From assembly GCF_049075655.1 (NCBI RefSeq), contig NZ_CP157522.1, positions 1,568,001 to 1,632,000 on the forward strand: a stretch of DNA of 64,000 nucleotides, given 5' to 3'. Below are positions 54,401 through 64,000 of the stretch, piece by piece; position 1 is the first letter of the stretch, and each line of letters begins with the position of its first letter. Source of the stretch: Methanothermococcus sp. Ax23 (GTDB lineage: Archaea; AGJL01; Methanococci; Methanococcales; Methanococcaceae). A program made the translations under genes and the position numbers. A model generated the notes under the pieces. That model was not told the DNA's origin and made no database searches. It worked only from the letters and a program-made list of their open reading frames with translations.

Positions 54401-55573
54401 ATGAAAATAGCCATGATAACTTGGGAATATCCGCCAATTATGGTGGGAGGATTATCGGTTCATTGTAAGGGTCTTGCTGAGGCACTTGTTAGGGCGGGGC
54501 ATAGTGTCGATGTAATTACAATGGGTTATGATTTACCTGAATATGAGAATATAAACGGAGTGAATATACACCGTGTAAAACCAATAGGGCATAGTCATTT
54601 TCTAACATGGATTAATTTCATGGCACATTTCATGGAAAAAAAATTAGGTTCATTAGGAATACATAACTATGATGTAATACACTGTCATGACTGGATGACT
54701 CATTTTGTAGGTAGCAATATAAAACATCTTTTTAACAAACCATATATTCAATCCATTCATAGCACAGAACAGGGAAGATGCGGTGGAATTCATTCTGAAG
54801 ATTCAAGGGCAATAAACGACATAGAATGGTGGAGCACCTATGAATCCCATGCAGTGATTACAGTTAGCAATTCAATAAAAGAAGAAATATGTTCAACATT
54901 TAATACTCCTTGGGATAAAGTAAATGTAATATATAATGGAATAAACCCTTGGGAATTTGACATACCAATGAGTGATAATGAAAAAAATGATTTTAGGATA
55001 CATATTGGAGTTCAACCTCATGAAAAAATGATATTGTTTGTTGGAAGGCTGGTTTATCAGAAAGGCGTGGAATATCTAATAAGAGCATTTCCCAAGATTC
55101 TTGAACAGCATCCCGATTCAAAAATGGTAATAGCAGGTTCGGGGGATATGCGAGGATATTTGGAAGATTTGGCATTTCAGCTTGGATGTAGGGATAATAT
55201 AATATTTTTAGGATTTGTTGGAGGGGATATGCTGAAAAAGCTTTTTAAATCTGCGGATGTAACCGTCATTCCATCAGTTTATGAACCCTTTGGGATTGTG
55301 GCACTTGAATCTATGGCAGCCGGAGCTCCTGTGGTTGCAAGTGGTGTTGGAGGTTTAAGAGAGATTATCCAGCATGAATATAATGGAGTTACTGTATATC
55401 CTGAAAATCCAGATTCTATTGCATGGGGTGTTAATAGGGTTCTTTCAGATTGGGGATTTAAAGAATGGATTGTAAATAATGCAAAGCATGATGCATATAC
55501 AAAATACAGTTGGGACGCCATAGCAAACAGCACAGTTGAAGTTTATAACAAGGTGATAGACTCTATAAAATAA
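54401..55573 (+). CDS. GT4-family glycosyltransferase in the glycogen cluster
   Basis: WEYPP..VGGL, HCHDW, VGRLVYQKG, PSVYEPFGIVALE. Confidence 0.9.
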   Translation: MKIAMITWEYPPIMVGGLSVHCKGLAEALVRAGHSVDVITMGYDLPEYENINGVNIHRVKPIGHSHFLTWINFMAHFMEKKLGSLGIHNYDVIHCHDWMTHFVGSNIKHLFNKPYIQSIHSTEQGRCGGIHSEDSRAINDIEWWSTYESHAVITVSNSIKEEICSTFNTPWDKVNVIYNGINPWEFDIPMSDNEKNDFRIHIGVQPHEKMILFVGRLVYQKGVEYLIRAFPKILEQHPDSKMVIAGSGDMRGYLEDLAFQLGCRDNIIFLGFVGGDMLKKLFKSADVTVIPSVYEPFGIVALESMAAGAPVVASGVGGLREIIQHEYNGVTVYPENPDSIAWGVNRVLSDWGFKEWIVNNAKHDAYTKYSWDAIANSTVEVYNKVIDSIK

Positions 55574-55646
55574 ATAAAAAAATATTAAATAATATATATG
55601 ATAAATTAATATGTTTATATATTGTGTTAAATTATGAGGTGGGAAT

Positions 55647-55865
55647 ATGGAAGATATGTGGTTAAAAATAGGCGAGGCTGCTGGTAAGATTTATCACCTA
55701 TTAGAAGACGGTGAAAAAAATATTACAAAATTAAAAGAATCTCTTAGGAGCGAGGGGTATAATGAAACTATTATTGTTATGGCAATAGGATGGCTTGCAA
55801 GGGAGGATAATATAATTATTATAAGGGATGGGAGAAAATGGATAATAAGATTAAAAAATGGATAA
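55647..55865 (+). CDS. Small winged-helix protein (DUF2582-like)
   Basis: IGEAAGKIYHLL...MAIGWLARED motif; GAGGTG RBS. Confidence 0.75.
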   Translation: MEDMWLKIGEAAGKIYHLLEDGEKNITKLKESLRSEGYNETIIVMAIGWLAREDNIIIIRDGRKWIIRLKNG

Positions 55866-55921
55866 ATTCTATTTCATTTACTTTCGGTATCTAATTATTT
55901 ATATATGTATAAAGTGGTAAT

Positions 55922-57979
55922 ATGGTAGGAATTATAGGAAATGGAAAATCTCTTGCAAAATTGGATGATGTGGGGTCTATTGAATATATATTCTTTCCAC
56001 ATTTGGGTTTTGAAAAACATATCTTTGACTCTGCATTTGCAATATATTGTGATGGCGAATTAAAATGGCACTGGGATTACTCATGGAAAATCAGTCAAGG
56101 ATATTTAAAAGATACAAATATTTTAAAAACCACATATGAAGATGAGAACTTTTTAGTAAGTTCTATGGATTATATTTCAATATCTCACAATATCCTAGTT
56201 AAACAGATATCCATTCTCAACAGAACAGAAGAAAAAAAGCATTTAAAATTATTTTTCTATGAAAATTTAAGGATGGGAGAATATCCAAAAGAGAATACTG
56301 TTAAATTTTTAAAGAATAATAATTGTTTAATTAAATACGATGGAAAATATATTTGTTGTATGGGAAGTGGTAAAAACATATCATCATATCAATGTGGTTT
56401 GAGGTCGTCTGAAAGTAGTGCCTATAATGATATTGAAAATGGTGTTTTAAAAGAACAGGATACTGCCAAAGGATTAATTACCGATAGTGCATTATGTTGG
56501 GAGATTGAATTAAATCCCTTCCAAGAAGTAGTTATTCCCATATATATACTAATGGCGGAATATAACGACAACTACTATGATATTATGAACTTAATAGACA
56601 CATTAAAAGTAGTTGCTAAAAATAATGAAGATATGTATAATCTCTCCCTAACTTATTGGAAAACCCTCGTTCAAGATACTGTCAATAATTTATCTACAAC
56701 GAAATGTGCAAATCTAAATGTCGAGAGACGGAAAAAATACATCGATACATGTAAAAGGTCTTTACTAACAATATTTATGTTGTGTAATCACGATGGGGGC
56801 ATAATAGCTTCACCATCATTATATCCCGATTACAGATATGTATGGAATAGAGATGCAAGCTATATGTCTGTTGCATTGGATTTATGCGGCTTATCCCCTA
56901 TGAGCGAAAAATATTTCGACTGGTGCAAAAAAACCCAAAATAGCGATGGGTCATGGATTCAAAATTATTATATTGATGGAAAACCTCGATTAACTGCAAT
57001 GCAAAATGACCAAGTTGGCACTACAATTTGGGCAGCTCTGGTTCATTATAGGATTACACATAACAAATTATTTTTAAAAAGACATTGGAATATGATTAAA
57101 AAAGCTGCAAATTATTTAGCTAAAACTGTGGAACCTCCATCTCCATGCTATGATTTATGGGAAGAAAAATATGGGGTGTTTTCATACACAATTGGGGCAA
57201 CATATGGTGGTTTAAAATCTGCCTGCAATATTATGAATATATTAGAAAAAGAATGCGAATATAAAATGACCAATGACGATAAAAAATGTTTTAAACAGTG
57301 GAGCTCAGCTATCGAATCATTAAAAAATAATGTTAATAAATTTTATTTAAAGGAAGAAAATAGGTTTGCAAAATCAATAACTCCACTGGATAAAACAATT
57401 GACACCAGCATATTGGGATTAAGCTTCCCCTATGATTTAGTTCCAGCAGACGACCCAAGAATGATAGCGACAGCATTGCAGATTGAAAATGCATTTAACT
57501 ATAAAATCGGGGGAATTGGAAGATATCCAGAAGATGTATATTTTGGAGGCAATCCATGGATAATAACTACCTTGTGGTTATATATGTATTATAAAAGGCT
57601 AATTAAATTATTGTCAAAAGATATAAATCAGAGATTTTCCAGACCTGGATTTGTAGAATATATAGGGGACTGCGAAAAACTACAATCATCTCGAAAAGAT
57701 GAGCGAAATGATGATGTGAATGTGAATGTGGATGATGTTGTTCAATCTTTAAATAATATCCAAAGCGTGAATATGACAAAAAAGGACCTTATTAAACACT
57801 GTCATAAAAAATGCGACGAGCTATTTAACTGGGCATTGAAGCATCAATATAATGGACTATCTCCTGAGCAAATTCACAAAGACCTCGGAGCTCCCATATC
57901 GGCAATTCCCCTTGGTTGGTCACATGCTGCCATAATAATGGCAATTCACAGCAATGATTATGATATTTTAATTCCATAA
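55922..57979 (+). CDS. Glucoamylase (GH15)
   Basis: GGIIASP, YRYVWNRD, QNDQ, DLWEE, IGRYPEDVY.GGNPW, PEQ, PLGWSHA. Confidence 0.92.
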   Translation: MVGIIGNGKSLAKLDDVGSIEYIFFPHLGFEKHIFDSAFAIYCDGELKWHWDYSWKISQGYLKDTNILKTTYEDENFLVSSMDYISISHNILVKQISILNRTEEKKHLKLFFYENLRMGEYPKENTVKFLKNNNCLIKYDGKYICCMGSGKNISSYQCGLRSSESSAYNDIENGVLKEQDTAKGLITDSALCWEIELNPFQEVVIPIYILMAEYNDNYYDIMNLIDTLKVVAKNNEDMYNLSLTYWKTLVQDTVNNLSTTKCANLNVERRKKYIDTCKRSLLTIFMLCNHDGGIIASPSLYPDYRYVWNRDASYMSVALDLCGLSPMSEKYFDWCKKTQNSDGSWIQNYYIDGKPRLTAMQNDQVGTTIWAALVHYRITHNKLFLKRHWNMIKKAANYLAKTVEPPSPCYDLWEEKYGVFSYTIGATYGGLKSACNIMNILEKECEYKMTNDDKKCFKQWSSAIESLKNNVNKFYLKEENRFAKSITPLDKTIDTSILGLSFPYDLVPADDPRMIATALQIENAFNYKIGGIGRYPEDVYFGGNPWIITTLWLYMYYKRLIKLLSKDINQRFSRPGFVEYIGDCEKLQSSRKDERNDDVNVNVDDVVQSLNNIQSVNMTKKDLIKHCHKKCDELFNWALKHQYNGLSPEQIHKDLGAPISAIPLGWSHAAIIMAIHSNDYDILIP

Positions 57980-58118
57980 TAAAATAAATATTTTCATCAA
58001 TGAAGCGAATATATAAAATCATTTAAATTTATATTTTCTCACTTTTTGGAAATCTGCAAAATCAATAGTATATATTACTTCGCAACATAAATAAAAAAAT
58101 AAAAAATAAGGGGATAAA

Positions 58119-59699
58119 ATGTTAATTTCATTTAATTTTGAGGTGCATCAGCCCCATAGATTAAAAAAAACGGTTGATGGACACAGTAAAAATATATGGG
58201 ATAGGTATGTTGATGTTGAATTAAACAAAGAGATATTCAATAGAGTAGCAAATAAATGTTATATTCCTGCAAATAGGACAATTTTGGATTTAATAGATGA
58301 GTATGACATTAAAGTGGCATACAGCATTACAGGCGTATTTCTTGAACAGGCCATGGAATTTAATAATGAGGTTTTAGATTTATTTAAAGAGCTCGTAAAA
58401 ACAGGGAATGTTGAACTTATTGGGGAAACCTACTATCATTCACTTTCAAGTCTCTTTGAAAATCATGATGAATTTAAAGAGGATATTGAAAAACATAAGA
58501 AGATTATCAAAGAACTATTTGGATACAAAACTGAGGTTTTTAGAAATACTGAATTAATGTATAATAATAATATAGCTGAAACCGTTAAGGAATTGGGATT
58601 TAAAGGGATATTTACAGAAGGTGCCGATAGAATACTTGATTGGAGGTCTCCAAATTATGTATATAACGCTCCATGTGGATTGAATGTCCTTTTAAGAAAC
58701 TATAAATTAAGCGATGATATTGGATTCAGATTCTCATGTCCAGATTGGAATGAATATCCTTTAACTGCTGATAAATATGCATCATGGTTGGCGAGCTCCC
58801 CTGGTGATTGTATAAATATATATATCGATTATGAAACCTTTGGAGAACACCAATGGAAAGAAACTGGGATTTTTGAGTTTTTAAAATATCTTCCTGCGGA
58901 AATTGAAAAATATCATAATCTTGAATATGCAAAACCTTCTGAAATAATTGACAGATGCACACCGAGGGGGGAAATAGATGTCTTTGAATTCTCAACATTA
59001 TCGTGGGCAGACTCTGAAAGAGATGTGAGTGCATGGTTAGGCAACAGGATGCAGAAGCTTTCATTTGAGAGATTAAAAGATATTAGGCAATACCTTGGAA
59101 GATACATATCATCGAAATATGCTAAACATGGGGGCAATGTTCAAGATGATGAAATAATGGAATATAAATTATATAAAAACCTTCAAACAAGTGATAATTT
59201 TTACTATCAATGCACAAAGGGATTTAACGATATGGATGTGCATTCTTATTTTAGCCATTTTGAAACTCCTTATGATGCTTATGCCACTTATATGGATATT
59301 CTTTATGATTTTAAAAATCATTTAATAGTCAGTCAAATTTTGGACAAATATGTTAAAAAAATTGAAAGTTTGAACTTGGAGATAAAAACATTAAAAGAAA
59401 ATGACCGGTATAAAAATGAGAATATGGCATTGACTAATGAAATAGAGAATTTAAGAAGTAAATTAAAATTATTGGAAAAGGACATAAATAATAAAAACAA
59501 AGATATTCAAAAACTAAAAAATGAAAATAGTAAATTAATTAATGAAATCATAATGTTAAACTCAAAAGCTCCCAATAACTCGAAGAGTAAAAAAATAAAA
59601 AAAAATAATATAGAGGAGCCAAACTTAAAAGATATAGAAGATAAACCTAATGAAAAAGAAAAAAAACATAATCTTGACGAATTTATAATTGGCTCATAA
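58119..59699 (+). CDS. Alpha-amylase (GH57) with a C-terminal coiled-coil tail
   Basis: FEVHQP, ETYYHS, FRNTEL, LSDDIGFRF, DYETFGEH, SWAD, QTSD. Confidence 0.92.
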   Translation: MLISFNFEVHQPHRLKKTVDGHSKNIWDRYVDVELNKEIFNRVANKCYIPANRTILDLIDEYDIKVAYSITGVFLEQAMEFNNEVLDLFKELVKTGNVELIGETYYHSLSSLFENHDEFKEDIEKHKKIIKELFGYKTEVFRNTELMYNNNIAETVKELGFKGIFTEGADRILDWRSPNYVYNAPCGLNVLLRNYKLSDDIGFRFSCPDWNEYPLTADKYASWLASSPGDCINIYIDYETFGEHQWKETGIFEFLKYLPAEIEKYHNLEYAKPSEIIDRCTPRGEIDVFEFSTLSWADSERDVSAWLGNRMQKLSFERLKDIRQYLGRYISSKYAKHGGNVQDDEIMEYKLYKNLQTSDNFYYQCTKGFNDMDVHSYFSHFETPYDAYATYMDILYDFKNHLIVSQILDKYVKKIESLNLEIKTLKENDRYKNENMALTNEIENLRSKLKLLEKDINNKNKDIQKLKNENSKLINEIIMLNSKAPNNSKSKKIKKNNIEEPNLKDIEDKPNEKEKKHNLDEFIIGS

Positions 59700-59774
59700 T
59701 AGTGTATTAATATCTATAATACCTAATTTATAACACCCAATTTATAGAACATACTAAATTTTAAGAGGATAACT

Positions 59775-60431
59775 ATGGATGATGAATTTAAAAAAAATCT
59801 TGAAAAATTTAAAAAGATGGCAAAATCTAAGAATAGCACCAGCAGCGAAAAACCACAAGTTATTGTTGTAGGACGCTCTAATGTTGGAAAATCCACACTT
59901 GTGAGGTTAATTACTAAAAAAAATGTTAGAGTCGGGAAAAAACCTGGTGTAACCTTAAAAATAAATAAATACGACATGGGAAATTATATTTTAGTTGATT
60001 TACCGGGATTTGGATTTATGACGGGTCTTGATGAAAATGTTCAAGATAAAATAAAAGATGAAATTGTAAAATACATTGAAGACAATAAGGAAAAAATCGC
60101 CTGCTCCATAATATTAATAGATGCAAAGGCATTCCCGGAAATAGTTGATAGATGGGATAAACGGGATGAGATACCCATAGATATTGAAATGTTTGATTTT
60201 TTAAACGAACTGGAATTAAATCCCATAATTTTAATAAACAAAATGGACAAGATAAAAAAGAATCAGTGGGATGAACATCTGGATAATGTAGTTGAATTAT
60301 TTGGTTATCCCGCACCTTGGAGACAGTGGCTCGATGTTGTAGTTATTGGCATTCTAAAAGATGGAGAGGGATTAAAAGATATCCTTCATAAAATAAATCA
60401 TCATGTGGAATCATATCGACGAAAAAAATAA
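59775..60431 (+). CDS. engB: GTP-binding protein EngB
   Basis: GRSNVGKS, DLPGFG, NKMD. Confidence 0.92.
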   Translation: MDDEFKKNLEKFKKMAKSKNSTSSEKPQVIVVGRSNVGKSTLVRLITKKNVRVGKKPGVTLKINKYDMGNYILVDLPGFGFMTGLDENVQDKIKDEIVKYIEDNKEKIACSIILIDAKAFPEIVDRWDKRDEIPIDIEMFDFLNELELNPIILINKMDKIKKNQWDEHLDNVVELFGYPAPWRQWLDVVVIGILKDGEGLKDILHKINHHVESYRRKK

Positions 60432-60590
60432 AAAAAGATTAACCAAATATAATTAGTCCAGAAGTTGCAAAAACTTTATATATTATATTAACATAATGAG
60501 GTTTAACTAATTTTTATATTCAAAATGCGAAAAATAAAATCCTATTTTATAATTAAAAATGAAATTAAACACGATTATGGAGGAATAATT

Positions 60591-61112
60591 ATGGCACTAA
60601 GACCTGGTAGATGTTATAGAGGAGTAGATAAACCAGCATACACAAGAAAGGAATATGTAAGAGGAGTTCCACAACCAAAAGTTGTTCATTATGTAATGGG
60701 TAATACAAGTGTGGAATTCCCAGTGGAAGTGCATTTAATAGTTAAAGATGATGTTCAGATAAGACACAACGCATTGGAATCCGCAAGGATTGTAGGAAAC
60801 AAATACACACAAAACAAATGTGGTAAATTAGGTTACAAATTCCAGATAAGAGTATATCCACACCAAATATTAAGAGAAAACAAAATGGCAGCAGGAGCAG
60901 GAGCGGACAGGATTTCCGATGGGATGAGATTGGCATTTGGAAAACCTATTGGAACAGCTGCAAGAGTAAGAAAAGGTCAAAAAATCATTACAATTTCAAC
61001 AACTCCTGAAAAAGTAAATGATGCTAAGGAAGCTCTAAGAAGATGTGCTATGAAAATGCCTGTAAAATGTAAAATAGAAATAGGAAAAGGAGCAGAATTA
61101 GTTAAGAACTAA
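60591..61112 (+). CDS. rpl10e: 50S ribosomal protein L10e (uL16)
   Basis: MALRPGRCYR, QIRHNALESAR, GADRISDGMRLAFGKP; GGAGG RBS before ATG 60591. Confidence 0.96.
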   Translation: MALRPGRCYRGVDKPAYTRKEYVRGVPQPKVVHYVMGNTSVEFPVEVHLIVKDDVQIRHNALESARIVGNKYTQNKCGKLGYKFQIRVYPHQILRENKMAAGAGADRISDGMRLAFGKPIGTAARVRKGQKIITISTTPEKVNDAKEALRRCAMKMPVKCKIEIGKGAELVKN

Positions 61113-61186
61113 ATAAACTTATTAAATTTTTTTTCTTTTTTTAAAAAATTTAATTGATTTTAATAATTTAAGATAATATTTGTAAT

Positions 61187-62467
61187 TTATTCATCATCGG
61201 GGATTTCAGCCCTAATGAATTCATCTTTATTTTTCTTTAAACTTATCGTGGCATCTATTCCCATTTTTGCCGTCAATTTATTTTTATGGTCTCCTGATGG
61301 GTCCAGTGAGGAACCTTTTGCGTCGCTTATAATAAGTATATCTTTATCAGCTTGAACTCTTGTGGCAATGGCAAACTCCACATCCTTTGGGTCATAGATG
61401 TTTATGTCATCATCTACAATCACCACATGTTTTAAACTTGGATGGGAAGCAAGTGCCGCAAGTATGGCATTTTTTCCATCTCCTTCTGTTTTCTTCTCAA
61501 TTGACACTACGGCGTGAAGCCAGCAACATCCCCCTTCTGTTAATACCACATTCTTTACCGATGGAACGGTGTTTCTAATGCCCTTATACATTCTCGGCTC
61601 CTGAGGTAATCCCATTAAAATTTTATGCTCCACTCCGCCGGGGAGTAGGGCGTGGAATATGGCATCTTTTTTTCTTTTCAATGCCGTTATTTTTATTACA
61701 GGCTGTTTTCTAATTGTATCGTAGGTTCCAGTAATATCTACAAAAGGACCTTCATCGTCCATTTCTGCGGTTATTTTTCCTTCAATAATAAATTCGCCCG
61801 CAGGGACTTCTAAATCTACGGTATCGCATTTAATCAGTTTTAGTGGCTCATTCATTAATGCAGAGGCATATTTCAATTCATTAAAAGTTATATCTCCTGA
61901 TGTAGATGCTGCCAAAAGCACAGCTGGATGAGCTCCGATAACTATTGCCACATCCACATCCCCATCCTTAATGTTTTTGTTGTAGATGTAATGTAAATGT
62001 CTCTGTTCTACCATTCTAATTACTAAATGATTGTCCTTAATTAAAATTCTATGGATGGATGCGTTTATCCCATAATCCTTATCTTTAACTATTACAACTC
62101 CTGATGTAAGGTAAGGTCCTGCATCTTTTTCGTAGTAGGTTGGTATAGGGTATTCATTTATTTTGTCCAAATCATCATTTACATACTGTTCCTTTAAGCT
62201 ATTATCTACTATTAGCTCCCCATTTTTCTCATTATCCATGGCATTTAACATGTGTTTCATTAAATCATTTACTTCTATTCCCAAGCTTTTTGCTATCACT
62301 TCCCTATTACACAGATTTCCTATAACTTCATATCCATTTACATTTTTTATATATACGGGCTTTCCATCATATTTCTTTAAAATCTTTGTTATCCCATATT
62401 TTTTATTTGCTGACTCTATCTCAATTTTATCTATTGAATCAACCAAGTCCCTTATCATAACATTCAC
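61187..62467 (-). CDS. UbiD-family prenyl-FMN decarboxylase (possibly archaeal mevalonate pathway)
   Basis: DAGPY, NASIHR, EGPFVDITGTY, VDDDI, SSLDPS, KMGIDAT; the specific substrate is inferred. Confidence 0.88.
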   Translation of the reverse strand: MNVMIRDLVDSIDKIEIESANKKYGITKILKKYDGKPVYIKNVNGYEVIGNLCNREVIAKSLGIEVNDLMKHMLNAMDNEKNGELIVDNSLKEQYVNDDLDKINEYPIPTYYEKDAGPYLTSGVVIVKDKDYGINASIHRILIKDNHLVIRMVEQRHLHYIYNKNIKDGDVDVAIVIGAHPAVLLAASTSGDITFNELKYASALMNEPLKLIKCDTVDLEVPAGEFIIEGKITAEMDDEGPFVDITGTYDTIRKQPVIKITALKRKKDAIFHALLPGGVEHKILMGLPQEPRMYKGIRNTVPSVKNVVLTEGGCCWLHAVVSIEKKTEGDGKNAILAALASHPSLKHVVIVDDDINIYDPKDVEFAIATRVQADKDILIISDAKGSSLDPSGDHKNKLTAKMGIDATISLKKNKDEFIRAEIPDDE

Positions 62468-62486
62468 CTTCTTATTTTATCTTTCT

Positions 62487-62780
62487 TTATCTTTTCTTTC
62501 TAGCAATTTCTTTTTCTATCTTTTCACCGGTATCTTTTAATCTACTTGATACACTTCTCGGCACATTGCCATATTCCGATAGTATTTTTGCAATACCGCT
62601 TGATAACAAAAATATGGCGTATGTATGTTCAGATTTTGTTCTATGTATATGATGGGGGTATATCTTCAATGCATCGTAATTTACAAAATATTCATCAATT
62701 GAATTACCAAATTTTTTTGTTAAATTCTTTCTCATATATACTAAAAGTTGATGTAATTGGATGAGCTCATCCTTATGCAT
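62487..62780 (-). CDS. UPF0058-family protein
   Basis: MHKDELIQLH and IYPHHIHRTKSEH..AIF. Confidence 0.85.
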   Translation of the reverse strand: MHKDELIQLHQLLVYMRKNLTKKFGNSIDEYFVNYDALKIYPHHIHRTKSEHTYAIFLLSSGIAKILSEYGNVPRSVSSRLKDTGEKIEKEIARKKR

Positions 62781-62879
62781 GCAATCACCTAAGGTATGAA
62801 ATATATTTCATGATAAATAAATTAAATAAACTAAATAAATTAAAATTTTGCAAATAAGTATGTAAAATTAGAAAGAGAG

Positions 62880-64000
62880 TTATGTCTGGTTAAAATTATC
62901 GTATGAAAAAATCCTTAAATTTGCAGGTTTTTTTGCAATATTTATTTCCTTCCCAATCATTACAGAAGTGTTTTCATAAAATAAATCAACTATTTTTTGA
63001 GTGATAGGGACATCAGATATAAAAAAATTAATATTTTGATTAGCATATTCATTCTCATTTAATTCGTTAATAGATTTAATCTCTTCAAATCCGTCTCCTA
63101 TTATTTTTACTTTATTAGTCCCTAAAATTTCCTCCATTGACGATTTAATATAATTCAACTGTCCAACATAGTCATCAGTTTTGAATATTTCATACGACAT
63201 CCGATTATCTGAATCACCGTCTTTTTTGTCGTCATTATGGGTTTCTTTTATCTCTTCTTCGTTTTTTAGCTCAGATAATACCTCTGATTCGTTTAGCTGA
63301 GATACATCGCTTATGCACTCCGATATTCCTGTCATTTTTTCCTTATTATATATGCCACTTGCCAAATCATCCATTGTCTGCGTATCATTTATTGCCTTAT
63401 TTATTACAGTGCTATAATTGTTTATGACATGACCTTTGTTGGCATTTAATTGAATATACTGTTCAATTGGAATCTTTGACCGTAAATATTTTACAACCTC
63501 TTTTTTAGACAAATCTTCCACTTCCTTTCCGTGGGGAGCTCTTGCAATATAATCTATATCACATGTTTGAAGAGCCTCTTTTAATATAAGCTCCCCTCCC
63601 CTATCTCCATCAGTAAATATCGTCGTGGTTTTTTTCCTTGAAAGTTCCATTATGGTTTTTGGAATTGATGTCCCTTCAACAGCTATAACATTTTTTATAC
63701 CACATCTTAAAAGATTGATAACATCTGCCCTACCTTCCACTACAATTATAGCATCTGAATTATCAATATTTGGTCCAGCTGGAAGTTTCTCCTCCCCATA
63801 TTCAATTATTTCTTCAGTTCTGATATACTCCTTTATCTCTTCCGTAATTTCATATGTATCAACCATATTATCTATGAGTGTTTTTAGGAGCTCCTTTGCC
63901 CTATTTGTAATATACTGTCTCTTTTTAATACGAATATCCTCGACATTCACCACCCTAACAGTAGCTAAACAAGGCCCCACCCTATCGATTGTTTCCAATG
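62880..64000 (-). CDS. dnaG: Archaeal DnaG-type primase/exosome-associated protein; 5' end lies beyond the right edge
   Basis: ETIDRVGPC and TOPRIM motifs IIVVEGRADV and FTDGDRGG. Confidence 0.92.
   Translation of the reverse strand, partial: LETIDRVGPCLATVRVVNVEDIRIKKRQYITNRAKELLKTLIDNMVDTYEITEEIKEYIRTEEIIEYGEEKLPAGPNIDNSDAIIVVEGRADVINLLRCGIKNVIAVEGTSIPKTIMELSRKKTTTIFTDGDRGGELILKEALQTCDIDYIARAPHGKEVEDLSKKEVVKYLRSKIPIEQYIQLNANKGHVINNYSTVINKAINDTQTMDDLASGIYNKEKMTGISECISDVSQLNESEVLSELKNEEEIKETHNDDKKDGDSDNRMSYEIFKTDDYVGQLNYIKSSMEEILGTNKVKIIGDGFEEIKSINELNENEYANQNINFFISDVPITQKIVDLFYENTSVMIGKEINIAKKPANLRIFSYDNFNQT

Overview
AT-rich archaeal chromosome segment whose gene set points to Methanococcales, possibly Methanothermococcus-like (genus is an inference). 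Most of it is housekeeping and energy metabolism: RecJ-like nuclease (partial), korCB, class I lysS, TFS, tRNA-Gln(UUG), ppaC, a decayed liv ABC locus, the fdhC-ORF-carbonic anhydrase-fdhA(Sec)-fdhB cluster with an upstream SECIS, an Ehb hydrogenase cluster, hycI, lonB, rsmA, top6B, amt plus an MCP, rpl15e, aIF2-beta, NMD3, split transketolase with rpe, corA, srp19, ADP-PFK, pgi, glycogen genes, engB, rpl10e, a UbiD-family gene and dnaG (partial). Four signals stand out. (1) The palindrome GAGCTC occurs about 70 times by hand count against roughly 4-5 expected, like a highly iterated palindrome, while GATC appears avoided. (2) An ammonium transporter is followed 1 bp later by a 2-TM, 2-HAMP chemotaxis transducer with no sensor domain, a candidate Amt-receptor/Htr-like pair. 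(3) Five protein-less IS200/IS605- and IS607-derived cassettes look like stand-alone omega-RNA units; two of them split one ATP-cone gene that can be rebuilt in frame. (4) Modular arrays of short hairpins sit inside those cassettes and beside duplicated gene starts. All counts and alignments were done by eye.
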